Of a stretch of 64,000 bases of DNA, positions 44,153 to 56,600 are shown one piece after another; position 1 is the stretch's first letter; each line of letters starts with the position of its first letter. Under the pieces are notes generated by a model. It worked only from the letters and a program-made list of their open reading frames with translations. It searched no databases and had not been told where the DNA came from. The stretch comes from a virus. The stretch is taken from IMG/VR virus record IMGVR_UViG_3300042375_000684, one strand, 5' to 3'. The position numbers and the translations under genes are program-made.

Positions 44153-47100
44153 ATGCCAATTCGCACTAATCTAAATGAGTCTCCATACTATGATGATTAC
44201 GATATTACTAAACAGTACCATAGAGTTTTATTCAGACCTGGTTATGCAGTTCAAGCAAGAGAACTGACTCAGCTTCAAACAATTCTACAAAATCAAGTAG
44301 AACAATTTGGTGATAATATCTTTAAAGAAGGTAGTATTATTAAAGGGTGTAACTTTACTGAATTATCAGCATTAAGTTATGTAAAAGTAACAGATACTGC
44401 GGTCAATATCATAAATCCCCTGTTAGAAATAACAGTAAATGAACTTGTTGGTGGGATTGATCCAGAAACTGGAATTGAAACATTTTATGAAATTGAAGGT
44501 GCTATAACTGGGCTGAAAGCATTGATTATAGCTGCGGCATTTGGTTTTGAAACTAATGATCCCGATTTAAATACATTCTTTATTAATTATCTAAATTCAA
44601 ACGAAGCACAAGAAAAAGTTTTTGATCAGAATGAAACTTTAGAAATTTATAGATATACAATAACTGATGATGTAACAAGTGTCGGTGTAAAAGTAGCAGA
44701 ATTTTCAGTGACATCAAGAGCAAATCATGTTGGAAAATCATTTGGTGTACAATCTGCTATAGGTATTACATATCAAAAAGGTCACTTCTTATATGCCAAA
44801 GAACAAATTGTAATACTAACAAAGTACACAAATGTACCAAATAACATTTCAGTTGGTTATAGAGTAAGGGAAAGCTTAATTAGCCCTCTGACCGATAATA
44901 CACTCTATGATAATTCGATTGGTACACCTAATTTTAATGCCCCTGGTGCAAACAGATTAAAATTAGAACCTGTACTTATTGCAATTTCAACCGTGGAAGC
45001 AGATGGAGATCCTACATTCTTTACACTTGCCCGTTATATTAACGGAAGTGCTGTTCAGGTTAGAGACGTTTCTCAGTATAATGTACTTGGTGAGGAAATG
45101 GCTCGTCGTACATTCGAAGAATCTGGCAATTATATTGTGCGCGGCTTTAAAACAAAAGTTATCAACACCGCAAATGGAGCTATACAGGCAGCAGTGGAAC
45201 CAGGTGTAGCATATGTCAAAGGCTATAGAATAGAAACTAAGGGCGAGATCTTTGTTCCTATTGACCAATTGGAACTTTCTGATACTGAGACACAAGCAAA
45301 TCAACCTGTATCTTTCAATTACGGATCATATGTTGATATTGCAAATACAGATTCAATGGGAACACTTCCAGTTGGAACATACGCAACCGCTTCTCTAAAA
45401 AATATTAGTAATACTACAATTGGTACTGTAAGAGTAAGAAACTTTACCCCAGATAGAGTATATGTTTCAAACATCAGAATGGGTGCAAATAATTTTAGTG
45501 ATGTAGCTTCTATTGATGGAGCTGCAGGTTCTGTAAAAATTATTCCTACTATAAAACAGAAAAGTAATGACACTTCAATTTTTAATGTCGGTGAAACATT
45601 TCTTAAAAGTGTAACAGATATCAGTATTCCCGTAAGAAAAGCAAGAGCATTAACTAATATTGCAGACACGTTTACTTTGACTTCACTCTCGGGTGAAGAT
45701 TTTAATGTTCAACTCGATGATACCCTTATTGTAGATACAACACAAGATAATCTTCAGATATCCAGTATTGTAAAAGATAGTTCAACTCAATTGACTATTA
45801 ATTTAGTGGCAGGCCAAACACCAGCTGCTACAGGGACTATTTACTACAATTCCAGAGTACAACTTGCAGAACCATACGACAAATTAGATACAACACTTTA
45901 TGTCAAAGCAACATTCTCTGCTGGAACAACAAAATATAGTCTTGGTTTCCCAGATGTGTATCAATTAGTAAGCATAACAGATTCTGGAAGTAATGATGTT
46001 ACTAATAGTTTTAGATTAATAGAAAATCAGCAAGATCATTACTATGATCTTTCATACATTGAATATATACCTGGTCGCCCAGTTCCTGCCAATGGTCTTA
46101 TGACCATTAGAGTAAAAGCATTCAAAGTAAGTACTGCAACAGGATCATATTTCTTTACAGTTGATAGTTATCCAAATACAATAGATCTAAGTTATATTCC
46201 TTCATATAAAACATCATCTGGCACAACATTAAATCTAAGAGATTGTGTAGACTTTAGACCACATGCAGCAAATACTGTAGCATATGCAAGTGCCGAAGTA
46301 CTGGGAACAGCTCCTACTGTAAGCACAGCCGTAGGTGCAAATCCTACGTTTACTGGTACTTTCTTAATACCAGCGCTTAATTCTGCGGCAACACTTGATT
46401 ACGAATATTATCTTAATAGAACTGATATTATAACAATAGATTCGTATGGTAAATTTTCTGCAACAAAAGGTAAACCTTCAAGAAAATCTCGGTCACCTAC
46501 TATCGGTGACGATAAATTAGTCATTTCAGAAATTTACGTACCCGGGTTTCCTGCCATATCTTCTGATAGAGCATCACAGGAAAATAAACCAGCATTGGCA
46601 ATAAAATCCAAGACTTTGGGCGCGAAAACATATACGATGAAAGAAATCGGAGATCTTGACAGTAAAATCAGTAAACTTTTCTACTATATGTCCGTATCAT
46701 TATTGGAAGCATCTACACAAAATCTAAATATCACAGATGAAGCTGGTATTACTAGATTTAAAAATGGTATTCTCGTAGATCCATTCAATGATTTATCAAT
46801 AGCAGATGTTAAGAATCCAGAATTTAATGCATCACTAGATTTTACAGAAAAATCACTTTTACCTGCTGTTAAAACAATACCTATTAATCTAAAATATAAA
46901 ACATCCTCGAATGTTTCATTACACCCAAGTAGTGCAGAAATAGATGCTGCAACTCTTGCAACATCAATTAACACACCGTTAATTACACAACCTTATGCAA
47001 CAAGCTTTAGAAATTGTGTAAGTAATTTCTATGACTATATTGGAACTGGTTTCTTATTTCCAGAATATGATGGTGCATATGATACTGTAACAGCACCATC

Positions 47101-49513
47101 TCCAAATATAAACATTGACATTGCAACACCATTTATTGAATATACTGAAGCACTACAGGAATTTGTACCATTAACTTCAACTCAATCAACTTTGCTAGAA
47201 TCACGTATAGAAGAAATTGGAAGAACAACTTCAGGCAAAGGTAAAGGTCGAAGTACTACCGTTAGCACACAGCAAACTGATATTATTCAAGATATAACTC
47301 GTTCCCTTCAAGTTTCCGAAGGTCGTGTTAATGAGCAAAATCTAGGTGAATTTGTTACAAACTTCAACTTCAATCCATTTATGAGATCAAGAGAAGTTAA
47401 AATCTTGATGCACGGTTTAAGACCAAATACACGTCATTATTTCTTCTTTGATGATATTGATGTGAATTCAAGTGTTATCCCTGGCTTAGTTCCTTCATCA
47501 GATTCTGTTCGTGATGTAGTTGCAAAAGGGACTACAGTTGCAAGTGTCATTACAAATTCTAATGGTAGTCTTGCAGCAATATTCACAATACCATCTGCAG
47601 CATTCTATGTCGGCGATAGAGTTCTATTGGTATCTGATGTTGATAATATAGATTCTGTATCATCTGCAGGAACATCTGGTGGTTCAATTACTTATAGAGC
47701 ATATAATTTCTCTGTAAATAAGCAAAGTCTAACTCTCACGACACGTGAACCTGAAATAAGAGTTTCAGAAACTTCAACAACTAGAACTGTAGTAAATAGA
47801 CCTGTAGCAGTAACTACAGGAAACTCTGATCCACTAGCACAAACATTCTTTATAAAATCTGCAATGGCAAACGGAGCAGATTGTATCTTTGCTTCACGTG
47901 TTGACTTGTTCTTCAAGAGAAAAAGTGTTACCAACGGTGTCACAGTCATGCTAAGAGAAGTCATTAATGGCTATCCAGCTGCGGAAATAATACCTTTCTC
48001 TAAAGTGCACTTAAATGCAAGTGATGTTGCAATTTCAGATAATGGTTTGACTGCAACATCTGTATTCTTCAAAGCACCTGTAAGACTTGATGTTGAAAAA
48101 GAATATGCAATTGTTATTATGCCTGATGCAGGTGATCCTGATTATCTAATATATACTTCAAAGGTGGGTCTAACTGATCTAATTACAGATTCTCCTGTAG
48201 TTATGGACTGGGGTGACGGTGTTCTATTCACTTCTACAAATAATAGAGCATGGCAGTCATACCAAGATGAAGACATCAAGTTTACACTTTATAGAAGAGA
48301 ATTCAGTCAATCAACTGGAACTGTAACTCTTACAAATGAAGATAACGAGTTCTTGACTCTTTCAAATATTACTGGTGACTTCCAAAATGGAGAACTCGTA
48401 TACGTACTCAAATCTGTCGGCGGTGGAACATCAAATACGATATCTCTTTCTGCTGGAAATACTACTTCTACAGGGACAGCACTTTCAACTACATACAATC
48501 AATATGACTATGTATATGTTGAAAGTGGCGCAAATAAAGATTTAATGAAGATCGTAGAAGCTCCTACGTCGGGAGCTATGATATTTGATAAACCTTCTAA
48601 ATTTACCGGATCATTTATTGCAAATCCTGCTGTAATAGGTAAAATTGTTTACTATACCAATAGAAATCCTGAACTTATGATACTCGAAGGTTCATCAGCA
48701 AGTCTAACTAAGGTATTATCTCCTGGTGATACTATTGTAGGATTTGTAACTGAAGCATCGGCAACAATTTCAACAGTTGATAATGTTGAATTGAGTTACA
48801 TGCAACCAATCATATTAAAAACAAATAACAGTGTTACTGATGTTACAATGACTGGTACATTCACAGATCCTTCAGATACTGATGTGACATATACAAGAAA
48901 TATTCCATTTAATAATAAGACAACATTTAACGAAAAAGGCTGTATTATTTTCAGTAAATCAAATGGTGTTAAACCGTTTGACATAACATTAACTCTTACT
49001 AATGGAAATAATACTACCGCATCACCATTTGTAGATGTCGAAACTGCTACTATGTTAGCATATCAATATAAAGTTGGTGCTAATACAGATAACACTTCTG
49101 CATATATTTCACGGACAATTGAATTGGCTGAAAATCTAGATGCAGAAGATTTTATTCTCTACACTACAGCATACAGACCCTTAAATACAAGTATTAATGT
49201 TTATGTCAAAGTTCAACATGCTTCTGATCCAGTTGCATTTGAACTAAATGATTGGATACCATTAGAATTAGTTGAAGGTGCTGAAGTTTATTCATCAACA
49301 AGTAATACTAATGATTTTAAAGAGTTTGTATATAAATTACCAGAAACTGAAAAGGTCGGCGGTGTATTAACATATTCCAATACTTCCGGTGAATATTCTG
49401 GTTATAGAAAATTTGCTGTAAAGATAGAATTTATAGTTGATGAGGTATCCGGAAGATTACCAATCGGTTCAATACCAAGACTTCTCGATTATAGGGGGAT
49501 TGCACTTACATGA
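44153..49513 (+). CDS. large virion structural protein (VrlC/DUF4815-like)
   Basis: N-terminus TNLN.SPYYDDY...YHRVLFRPG.AVQARELTQLQTILQNQVE; also ARRTFEESGNY, RFKNGILVDPF and DPLAQTF. Confidence 0.82.
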   Translation: MPIRTNLNESPYYDDYDITKQYHRVLFRPGYAVQARELTQLQTILQNQVEQFGDNIFKEGSIIKGCNFTELSALSYVKVTDTAVNIINPLLEITVNELVGGIDPETGIETFYEIEGAITGLKALIIAAAFGFETNDPDLNTFFINYLNSNEAQEKVFDQNETLEIYRYTITDDVTSVGVKVAEFSVTSRANHVGKSFGVQSAIGITYQKGHFLYAKEQIVILTKYTNVPNNISVGYRVRESLISPLTDNTLYDNSIGTPNFNAPGANRLKLEPVLIAISTVEADGDPTFFTLARYINGSAVQVRDVSQYNVLGEEMARRTFEESGNYIVRGFKTKVINTANGAIQAAVEPGVAYVKGYRIETKGEIFVPIDQLELSDTETQANQPVSFNYGSYVDIANTDSMGTLPVGTYATASLKNISNTTIGTVRVRNFTPDRVYVSNIRMGANNFSDVASIDGAAGSVKIIPTIKQKSNDTSIFNVGETFLKSVTDISIPVRKARALTNIADTFTLTSLSGEDFNVQLDDTLIVDTTQDNLQISSIVKDSSTQLTINLVAGQTPAATGTIYYNSRVQLAEPYDKLDTTLYVKATFSAGTTKYSLGFPDVYQLVSITDSGSNDVTNSFRLIENQQDHYYDLSYIEYIPGRPVPANGLMTIRVKAFKVSTATGSYFFTVDSYPNTIDLSYIPSYKTSSGTTLNLRDCVDFRPHAANTVAYASAEVLGTAPTVSTAVGANPTFTGTFLIPALNSAATLDYEYYLNRTDIITIDSYGKFSATKGKPSRKSRSPTIGDDKLVISEIYVPGFPAISSDRASQENKPALAIKSKTLGAKTYTMKEIGDLDSKISKLFYYMSVSLLEASTQNLNITDEAGITRFKNGILVDPFNDLSIADVKNPEFNASLDFTEKSLLPAVKTIPINLKYKTSSNVSLHPSSAEIDAATLATSINTPLITQPYATSFRNCVSNFYDYIGTGFLFPEYDGAYDTVTAPSPNINIDIATPFIEYTEALQEFVPLTSTQSTLLESRIEEIGRTTSGKGKGRSTTVSTQQTDIIQDITRSLQVSEGRVNEQNLGEFVTNFNFNPFMRSREVKILMHGLRPNTRHYFFFDDIDVNSSVIPGLVPSSDSVRDVVAKGTTVASVITNSNGSLAAIFTIPSAAFYVGDRVLLVSDVDNIDSVSSAGTSGGSITYRAYNFSVNKQSLTLTTREPEIRVSETSTTRTVVNRPVAVTTGNSDPLAQTFFIKSAMANGADCIFASRVDLFFKRKSVTNGVTVMLREVINGYPAAEIIPFSKVHLNASDVAISDNGLTATSVFFKAPVRLDVEKEYAIVIMPDAGDPDYLIYTSKVGLTDLITDSPVVMDWGDGVLFTSTNNRAWQSYQDEDIKFTLYRREFSQSTGTVTLTNEDNEFLTLSNITGDFQNGELVYVLKSVGGGTSNTISLSAGNTTSTGTALSTTYNQYDYVYVESGANKDLMKIVEAPTSGAMIFDKPSKFTGSFIANPAVIGKIVYYTNRNPELMILEGSSASLTKVLSPGDTIVGFVTEASATISTVDNVELSYMQPIILKTNNSVTDVTMTGTFTDPSDTDVTYTRNIPFNNKTTFNEKGCIIFSKSNGVKPFDITLTLTNGNNTTASPFVDVETATMLAYQYKVGANTDNTSAYISRTIELAENLDAEDFILYTTAYRPLNTSINVYVKVQHASDPVAFELNDWIPLELVEGAEVYSSTSNTNDFKEFVYKLPETEKVGGVLTYSNTSGEYSGYRKFAVKIEFIVDEVSGRLPIGSIPRLLDYRGIALT

Positions 49514-49710
49514 TTAGAGACGAAAGAACAAAGGCATTAATTAATACCGATGCGGATGCCCTTTATAAATACAAAATGGAAAGAGATAAAGTACGAAAGA
49601 TGACTTCTATGCAGAAAGAAATAGATCATCTTTATTCTCAAGTAGAAAATTTATATAAACTCTTAGAAGATAGAATAGAGAAGAATAATGGCAAAATCCG
49701 CAATAACTGA
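49510..49710 (+). CDS. small coiled-coil hypothetical protein
   Basis: RDERTKALINTD...Y.YK..R. Confidence 0.65.
   Translation: MIRDERTKALINTDADALYKYKMERDKVRKMTSMQKEIDHLYSQVENLYKLLEDRIEKNNGKIRNN
49564..49571 (+). promoter_or_regulatory. possible internal late promoter
   Basis: TATAAATA ~115 nt upstream of the fibre gene at 49688. Confidence 0.45.
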
Positions 49711-50929
49711 AGTATCTGCTAATAATACATTTCAAGTTTGGTTAGACAAAACAAATGAACTTGTAAATCTTGTTCAAAGTGATATAGTTACTGCTTCTCT
49801 TGCTTCTGCAAATGGTGACATTACAATCGGTAATGCAACACTTGATGGTAATTTTAGAGCCAATACTATAACTGCATTTGACCTATTAAGAGTAGATTCT
49901 ATAAGTCCAAATGTTGGATCTACAGCAATAGAATTTACTGCTCCAGTTAATATAGTCACAAACCAGACAGTTTTGGAAAGACTTTCAAGTACAACTGGCC
50001 CGAGATTATCATTTTATAATACTATAGACTCTGATTGGCAAATTGGTTTTGAAAATAATACAACAAAGAAGTTTGTAATTACTAATGGCGGAGGTGCTCT
50101 TAAATTAGATACTTCCGGAAATCTAGAAATCACTGGTATTTTTTCTGGTACTGCTCAAACCGCAAATACAGTCACTCTTGTCGCTACAAATACCACAAAT
50201 GCTACACATTTTCCAGTTTTTGTGGATGCAGCAACTGGAAATGAAAATGTAAGAACAGATACTGGTTTTACATATAATCCAAGTACTGGTGCTTTAACTG
50301 CGACAGGCTTTGTTGGAGCATTAACTGGTAGCGTCACAGGTAATGTTACAGGAAATGTAACTGGTAACGTATCTGGTAGTGCTGGTTCTGTAACTAGTTT
50401 CACAGGTCGTACCACTAATGATCTCAGTGAAGGTACAACTAATCGTTATTACACCGATCCTCGCGCGCGACTTGCAATTAGTGGATCCACAGGTGTCACG
50501 TATAATGCTACAAGCGGTGCTATATCTATAGGCCAAGCGGTTGGCATCGGTAACAATGTGCAATTTGCAAATCTTACTACAACCGGAACTATTTCTTCAA
50601 CTGGCGCAATATCATCAAATGGTGACATTACAGCATTCGCATCATCATCTGATATACGAAAGAAAGAAAATATTGTAAGAATAGATAATGCACTTGAAAA
50701 GGTTCTGCAAATAGGCGGTTATACTTACAACTTTAAAAATGATGATAGAAAAATAACCGGTGTTATTGCTCAAGAATTAGAAAAAGTATTACCAGAAGCA
50801 GTCTATGAAATAGATGATGAAGCATTTGGCGGAAAATCTAAAGCTGTACGATATGGTAATATTGTTGGTCTTCTTATAGAAGCTATTAAAGAGTTAAAAA
50901 CAGAATTAGACGAAATAAAAGGAAGATAA
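49688..50929 (+). CDS. tail/neck fibre with a C-terminal intramolecular chaperone (peptidase S74)
   Basis: NTFQVWLDKTNE N-terminus; GNVTGNVTG repeats; SSDIRKKENI...GVIAQELEKVLPEAV...V.YGNIVGLLIEAIKEL. Confidence 0.88.
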   Translation: MAKSAITEVSANNTFQVWLDKTNELVNLVQSDIVTASLASANGDITIGNATLDGNFRANTITAFDLLRVDSISPNVGSTAIEFTAPVNIVTNQTVLERLSSTTGPRLSFYNTIDSDWQIGFENNTTKKFVITNGGGALKLDTSGNLEITGIFSGTAQTANTVTLVATNTTNATHFPVFVDAATGNENVRTDTGFTYNPSTGALTATGFVGALTGSVTGNVTGNVTGNVSGSAGSVTSFTGRTTNDLSEGTTNRYYTDPRARLAISGSTGVTYNATSGAISIGQAVGIGNNVQFANLTTTGTISSTGAISSNGDITAFASSSDIRKKENIVRIDNALEKVLQIGGYTYNFKNDDRKITGVIAQELEKVLPEAVYEIDDEAFGGKSKAVRYGNIVGLLIEAIKELKTELDEIKGR

Positions 50930-51026
50930 AATGCTTTTACCATCTTTCGGCATTTTATGTAAACTTTTTAAAGAAAATGATAAAGACCAGTGTTATGTTA
51001 GAGTCAGAATAATATGATTCTAAAAT

Positions 51027-51034
51027 TATAAATA
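51027..51034 (+). promoter_or_regulatory. late promoter
   Basis: TATAAATA 20 nt before the ATG at 51055. Confidence 0.85.
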
Positions 51035-51054
51035 ACTAAAAAAGGTATAGTTAA

Positions 51055-53232
51055 ATGTCAAAAATCTCTCAATTAGGTCCATTACTTGCAGATGAAACTG
51101 CATCCAGCGACCTTTTTGTTATGGTAAATCTTGTGCAAGGTGACAATGGTACAAAAAATATCACAAGATCTGAACTAGCAAAAGCCTTACAAAAAGAACC
51201 TTTTACTAATATCAATATAACTGGTGGCACTATAAACAATGTCACAATGTCAAATAGTGTAATTAATACTACTTCCATTGCAAGTCCTACTATTAGCAAT
51301 CCAGCAATTACTGGTGGTTCTATTTCCAGTGCTACAATCAATACAAGTACTATAAATAATTCAGCATTAAATCAACCAATATTTGGAAATTTAAATGAAT
51401 ACGCGGCACCGTTAGATGATAATGATGAATTTATAATCCGTGAAGCACAAAATGGATCTACTGTTACAATTAAATTCTCTGATTTAAATGATGAAATTGC
51501 AGAGCAGTTAAAGAAAGTAAACAAAGTGTATGTAGCTGCTGATGCTGACGCCGGCGGCAATGGAAGTTATATGAAACCATATCAAACACTAGAACAAGCA
51601 TTTGCTTTTATGAATTCAATAAATTATCCAATTTCAATTTCAGTAATGCCAGGTAATTACTATACGGAAGGGAATCTTTCACTTCCAGATAAATGTTCAG
51701 TCGTGTCAACAAATGGTCAATATGCAACAAATATACATCTATATGATCCAACTAATGGACCGGGTGTAGATTGGTACTTACATGATCCAATCGAAGAAAA
51801 TTGTTTCTTGGTCGGATCTGGATGCTATATTCAAGGTTTCGGTTTCAGAAATATGAGAGTAGATGATTTTGATGATCCTACAAAAGGATTTGCTGTTGCA
51901 TTCAGACCAGGTGCTACAATACTTAGATCGCCATATATAAAAGATTGCAGTCAGGTAAGTAACTATACAGAAAGAGCTATTGCGGCGCCGTTAGATCCAG
52001 TTAATGCTAATCCTCTTGTTGGTAGAGGTGGCGGTGTTCTTCTTGCAGATCGCGCGGTTTTAGATTATGATACAATTTTCCCATATATGTTAGCTTTTGG
52101 TGCTACACCAAGATCGCCAAATGGGATGGGATATGTTGCAAAGAATGGTGCTGGCATTAACGGTATCGGTTCTATTACAATTTTCCAAAGATGTGCTTTC
52201 TATGCACTTAATGGTGGTCAAGTCACACTCAATAACTCCGGCACACAATTCGGTGATATATCAATGCGGGCCAAAGGTTTTACCTATGTAGTAGAACCAT
52301 ATGAATTAACTGGTGTAGAAAAGAATGATTTAATTTTTGCAAATACAGCAGCAGAAACAATAGATAATGCACGTGACGATATTATAGAAGATATGTGGGA
52401 ACGAATATACAGCGACTATGTTGTAGGTCTTGGATATGAAATAGATGAAGCACTTACTAGACGAGATGCAAACAGTTTTATTCAATCAATTTATTATGAT
52501 TTAATTTCAGCAGGCCAAACAAGTTCTAGAAACTTTGCAGCTTCATTCTTTGACTATAAGGCAGATCACGTATTTCAAGTATTTAATCCATCGGATGAAG
52601 ATGCAATATATATTGGAAGTGTTTCCGCTATTAGCGGTGAAGGCGGTCTTCCAGATGCAAATACAGTAGAACCAAATTCAGCATATATTGTTTATGATCC
52701 GGATGGAGAACCTATAAATATATATAAAGGTGATGTTTATGTTTCCGATGGATCTACTTGGACCAATACTGGTCCTAATGATACAACATTGCTAGATTCA
52801 TTTATATTTGCATACGAAAGAATGAAAATATATATGTTAACATTGACTGCAGATACAGCGCAGCAGGATATGATCTCTACATTAATTAATAACATTATTA
52901 TTAAAACTTTGTTGAATCCATCTAAACTATTATTTGGCAGTCTTATTGAAAGTTTGGCACATCAGTTTAACTTGGCGGGCGCAGGTGTAAATAAAAATGC
53001 GCTGCCACTTAACTTCAGAAGAGTCGGAAAGCCATTGCCTGCTAGCGGATCAGTATTAAAGGAAGATAGTGGTCGAGTAAGATGGTCAGGTGCAGATGAA
53101 TTAAACAACCAGTATTTTGCTGGAGGTTTAAAAATTAACGGTAGGACCGGTCGTCTGGAAGGAAGACCTTTCACATCATCAGTTAGAAGATTAGCAAGAA
53201 GAGCAGCAAATAGTAGGGTATCAATTACATGA
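51055..53232 (+). CDS. virion fibre/appendage protein with a probable beta-helix (pectin-lyase-like) domain
   Basis: MSKISQL; ITGGTINN repeats; VYVA..A..GGNGS..KPYQTLEQA..V.PGNY beta-helix start motif; RSPYI.DC. Confidence 0.6.
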   Translation: MSKISQLGPLLADETASSDLFVMVNLVQGDNGTKNITRSELAKALQKEPFTNINITGGTINNVTMSNSVINTTSIASPTISNPAITGGSISSATINTSTINNSALNQPIFGNLNEYAAPLDDNDEFIIREAQNGSTVTIKFSDLNDEIAEQLKKVNKVYVAADADAGGNGSYMKPYQTLEQAFAFMNSINYPISISVMPGNYYTEGNLSLPDKCSVVSTNGQYATNIHLYDPTNGPGVDWYLHDPIEENCFLVGSGCYIQGFGFRNMRVDDFDDPTKGFAVAFRPGATILRSPYIKDCSQVSNYTERAIAAPLDPVNANPLVGRGGGVLLADRAVLDYDTIFPYMLAFGATPRSPNGMGYVAKNGAGINGIGSITIFQRCAFYALNGGQVTLNNSGTQFGDISMRAKGFTYVVEPYELTGVEKNDLIFANTAAETIDNARDDIIEDMWERIYSDYVVGLGYEIDEALTRRDANSFIQSIYYDLISAGQTSSRNFAASFFDYKADHVFQVFNPSDEDAIYIGSVSAISGEGGLPDANTVEPNSAYIVYDPDGEPINIYKGDVYVSDGSTWTNTGPNDTTLLDSFIFAYERMKIYMLTLTADTAQQDMISTLINNIIIKTLLNPSKLLFGSLIESLAHQFNLAGAGVNKNALPLNFRRVGKPLPASGSVLKEDSGRVRWSGADELNNQYFAGGLKINGRTGRLEGRPFTSSVRRLARRAANSRVSIT

Positions 53233-53675
53233 CAATAACAAAACTTATAACAAGTCAGGCTCCTGATGCAAAACCCGTCGGAGTTTCTAAATCTATAACT
53301 AGTGCTGGTTGGACTACTTTAATAGAAGTGCCAGAATATGAAATACCCGAAGAAACATTCGGCGGGGGAACCATTACTGTACCAGGTGTTGCTGAAATTA
53401 TCAGCCCTTTACTTATTACTAATATAAGTGCGGCAAGCATCGATGTAGATATACGAATTTATAGAAATACCGATACTACTAACTATTTAATTGCTACACA
53501 ATTACCAATACCAGCATTTGATATTTTGCCACTTCCGTTAAATGGTCAATTTATTGCTAGTGGTGATAAACTAGAAATTACTAGTTCTGCAGCTAGTGGC
53601 ATTAATGTGACAATATCTTATACAGTGGGTCAAGCTGAACAGGATGATGTAGACGGAATAGTGGAGACCGTATAA
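53229..53675 (+). CDS. small virion-associated hypothetical protein
   Basis: In the late operon; beta-rich; GTGA overlap with the upstream gene. Confidence 0.6.
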   Translation: MTITKLITSQAPDAKPVGVSKSITSAGWTTLIEVPEYEIPEETFGGGTITVPGVAEIISPLLITNISAASIDVDIRIYRNTDTTNYLIATQLPIPAFDILPLPLNGQFIASGDKLEITSSAASGINVTISYTVGQAEQDDVDGIVETV

Positions 53676-56600
53676 TGGCTTTTAGGACAATCCGCGGTAA
53701 AACTTCTCTTCTTGGACAAGGATCTAAGTTAGAAACACCAATTAACCTAGACCCTCAAAACTTTGAGGGTGCTATTGTTTATGGTGATGATACATTTGTT
53801 TACTATTCAAATGGAACTCTGTGGATTAGATTAAATGAAGGTCTCCAAGGTTTACAAGGACTTCAGGGTATCCAAGGTTTGCAGGGATTTCAAGGCTTGC
53901 AGGGTATACCTGGTCAAGGATTACAGGGTCTACAAGGTTACCAAGGTATACAAGGTATTCAAGGCCAGGTAGGTCAAGGTATTCAAGGTATCCAGGGACC
54001 TCAAGGCATTCAGGGCGAACAAGGTACACAAGGAATTCAGGGCCCTCAAGGAATTCAGGGCCAACAAGGTATTCAGGGAACTCAAGGTATAATAGGACCT
54101 CAGGGTCTCCAGGGATCACAGGGTGTTCAAGGTAATCAGGGTATTCAGGGTCAGCAAGGTATTCAAGGTTCCACTGGTGAGCAAGGTATTCAGGGTCTTG
54201 TCGGGCAGCAAGGACTTCAAGGTATACAAGGTTCAATAGGAATTCAAGGTATACAGGGTGCTCAAGGCATTCAAGGAACTCAAGGTATTCAAGGAACTCA
54301 GGGAACACAAGGTGAACAGGGTATTCAAGGAACTCAGGGTGAACAAGGTATTCAAGGAATACAGGGTACTATAGGACCACAAGGAATACAAGGAACTCAG
54401 GGGAACCAGGGAACTCAAGGTGTTCAAGGAACTCAGGGGAACCAGGGAACTCAAGGTGTTCAAGGTACACAGGGTATTCAAGGTACTCAAGGGCCACAGG
54501 GTATTCAGGGACTTGTCGGTCAGCAAGGACTTCAAGGTATACAAGGTTCGATAGGAACTCAAGGTATTCAAGGTACACAGGGGACACAGGGTATTCAGGG
54601 GCCACAGGGTACTCAAGGTGTTCAAGGTATCCAAGGATATCAAGGAATTCAGGGATCTCAAGGTATTCAGGGGCCACAGGGTACTCAAGGTGTTCAAGGT
54701 ACTCAAGGTCGCCAAGGTCTTCAAGGAACTTATGGGCCATCATTAACAATTATCGGATCTGTTCTTGATGTTTCAAATTACACACCCCCAGATGATGAAC
54801 AAGATGTTTTAAATACTGCATTTAACACTGCAGTTGCGGGCAATGGTGTGATAGATCAAGCATCTGGCAATCTCTGGGTTTATGATGGTGTTAATTGGAA
54901 CAATGTTGGACAAATTCAAGGTCCACAAGGCGCCCAAGGTACACAGGGTATAACAGGATCAGGAATTCAAGGTATTATTGGAAGCCAAGGTATTCAAGGT
55001 AATCAAGGTATCCAGGGGCCGCAAGGAACTCAAGGAACTCAAGGTATCCAGGGACCACAAGGTATCCAAGGACCTCAGGGTATTCAAGGTTCTATTGGCA
55101 TTCAAGGTATTCAGGGTCCACAAGGTATCCAAGGGACACAGGGTACTCAGGGTATTCAAGGTTCTATTGGTTCCCAAGGTATTCAAGGCTCTATTGGTTT
55201 CCAAGGTATTCAAGGCACTCAGGGTGAACAGGGTGTCCAAGGTATACAAGGTTTGATAGGAACTCAAGGTATTCAGGGACCACAGGGTATTCAAGGAACT
55301 CAAGGCCGACAAGGTATTCAAGGTCTATTTGGTATTCAAGGTAACCAAGGTATTCAGGGTAACCAAGGTATTCAAGGTCTATTTGGTATTCAAGGTATTC
55401 AGGGTATTCAAGGTTCTATTGGTATTCAAGGTATTCAGGGACCACAGGGTATTCAAGGATCTCAAGGTATTCAGGGTATACAAGGATCTATTGGCGCTCA
55501 AGGTATTCAAGGCACTCAAGGTATTCAAGGCACTCAAGGTATTATTGGAAGCCAAGGTATTCAAGGTAATCAAGGCATCCAGGGGCCGCAAGGTATTCAA
55601 GGCGCTCAAGGTATTATTGGAAGCCAAGGTATTCAAGGTACTCAAGGTACTCAAGGTATACAAGGTCAAGTAGGACAGGGTATTCAAGGTTTACAAGGAC
55701 CTCAAGGTCAACAAGGTGTGCAAGGAACTCAGGGCCCGCAAGGAACTCAAGGTGTTCAAGGTCAAATCGGTCAACAAGGTATCCAAGGCTCTCAGGGTGT
55801 TCAAGGTATTCAAGGCATTCTTGGTAATCAAGGTATTCAAGGTATTTCAGGATTTGTCGGAGCAGTAGGTTCTCAAGGTGTCCAAGGTATTCAAGGTCTA
55901 TTTGGTAATCAAGGTATTCAAGGCCGTCAAGGTATTATAGGGCCAATAGGTGTTCAAGGTCTAAGAGGCGCTCAAGGTGTCCAAGGAACTCAAGGAACTC
56001 AGGGTGTTCAAGGTTTACAAGGTCTTGTTGGCCAAGGTATTCAGGGACTTCAAGGTGTTCAAGGTACATTCGGACCTGCGCTTACTGTTATTGGAAGTAT
56101 TAGTGTAGCAAGTGATGCGGCACTTAAAATTGCGTTTCCAAGTGCAGTTTCAGGTAATGCTGTAATTGAAACCAGTACCGGTAAATTATGGGTTTATGAT
56201 GGTGTAAATTGGTCTGAAGTAGGTCAATTCGTTGGAGCTCAAGGTATTCAGGGGCGCCAAGGTGTTCAAGGCATTCAGGGACTTGTTGGTCAAGGCATAC
56301 AAGGTATTCAGGGACCTCAAGGTACTCAAGGTCTACAAGGTGTCCAAGGAATTCAAGGTTCAACTGGGTCTCAAGGTAGACAAGGTGTCCAAGGTATACA
56401 AGGTCTTGTGGGCCAAGGCCTACAGGGGCTTCAAGGTCGACAAGGTATACAGGGTGTTCCTGGGTCATTTGCCGCTCAAGGTATCCAGGGTGTTCAAGGT
56501 ATATCCGGTCAAAGTTTCAATCAAGGCCTACAAGGTGTTCAGGGTACACAAGGCCGTCAAGGTTTCCAGGGAATATCGGGTCAAAGTTTTAACCAAGGTG

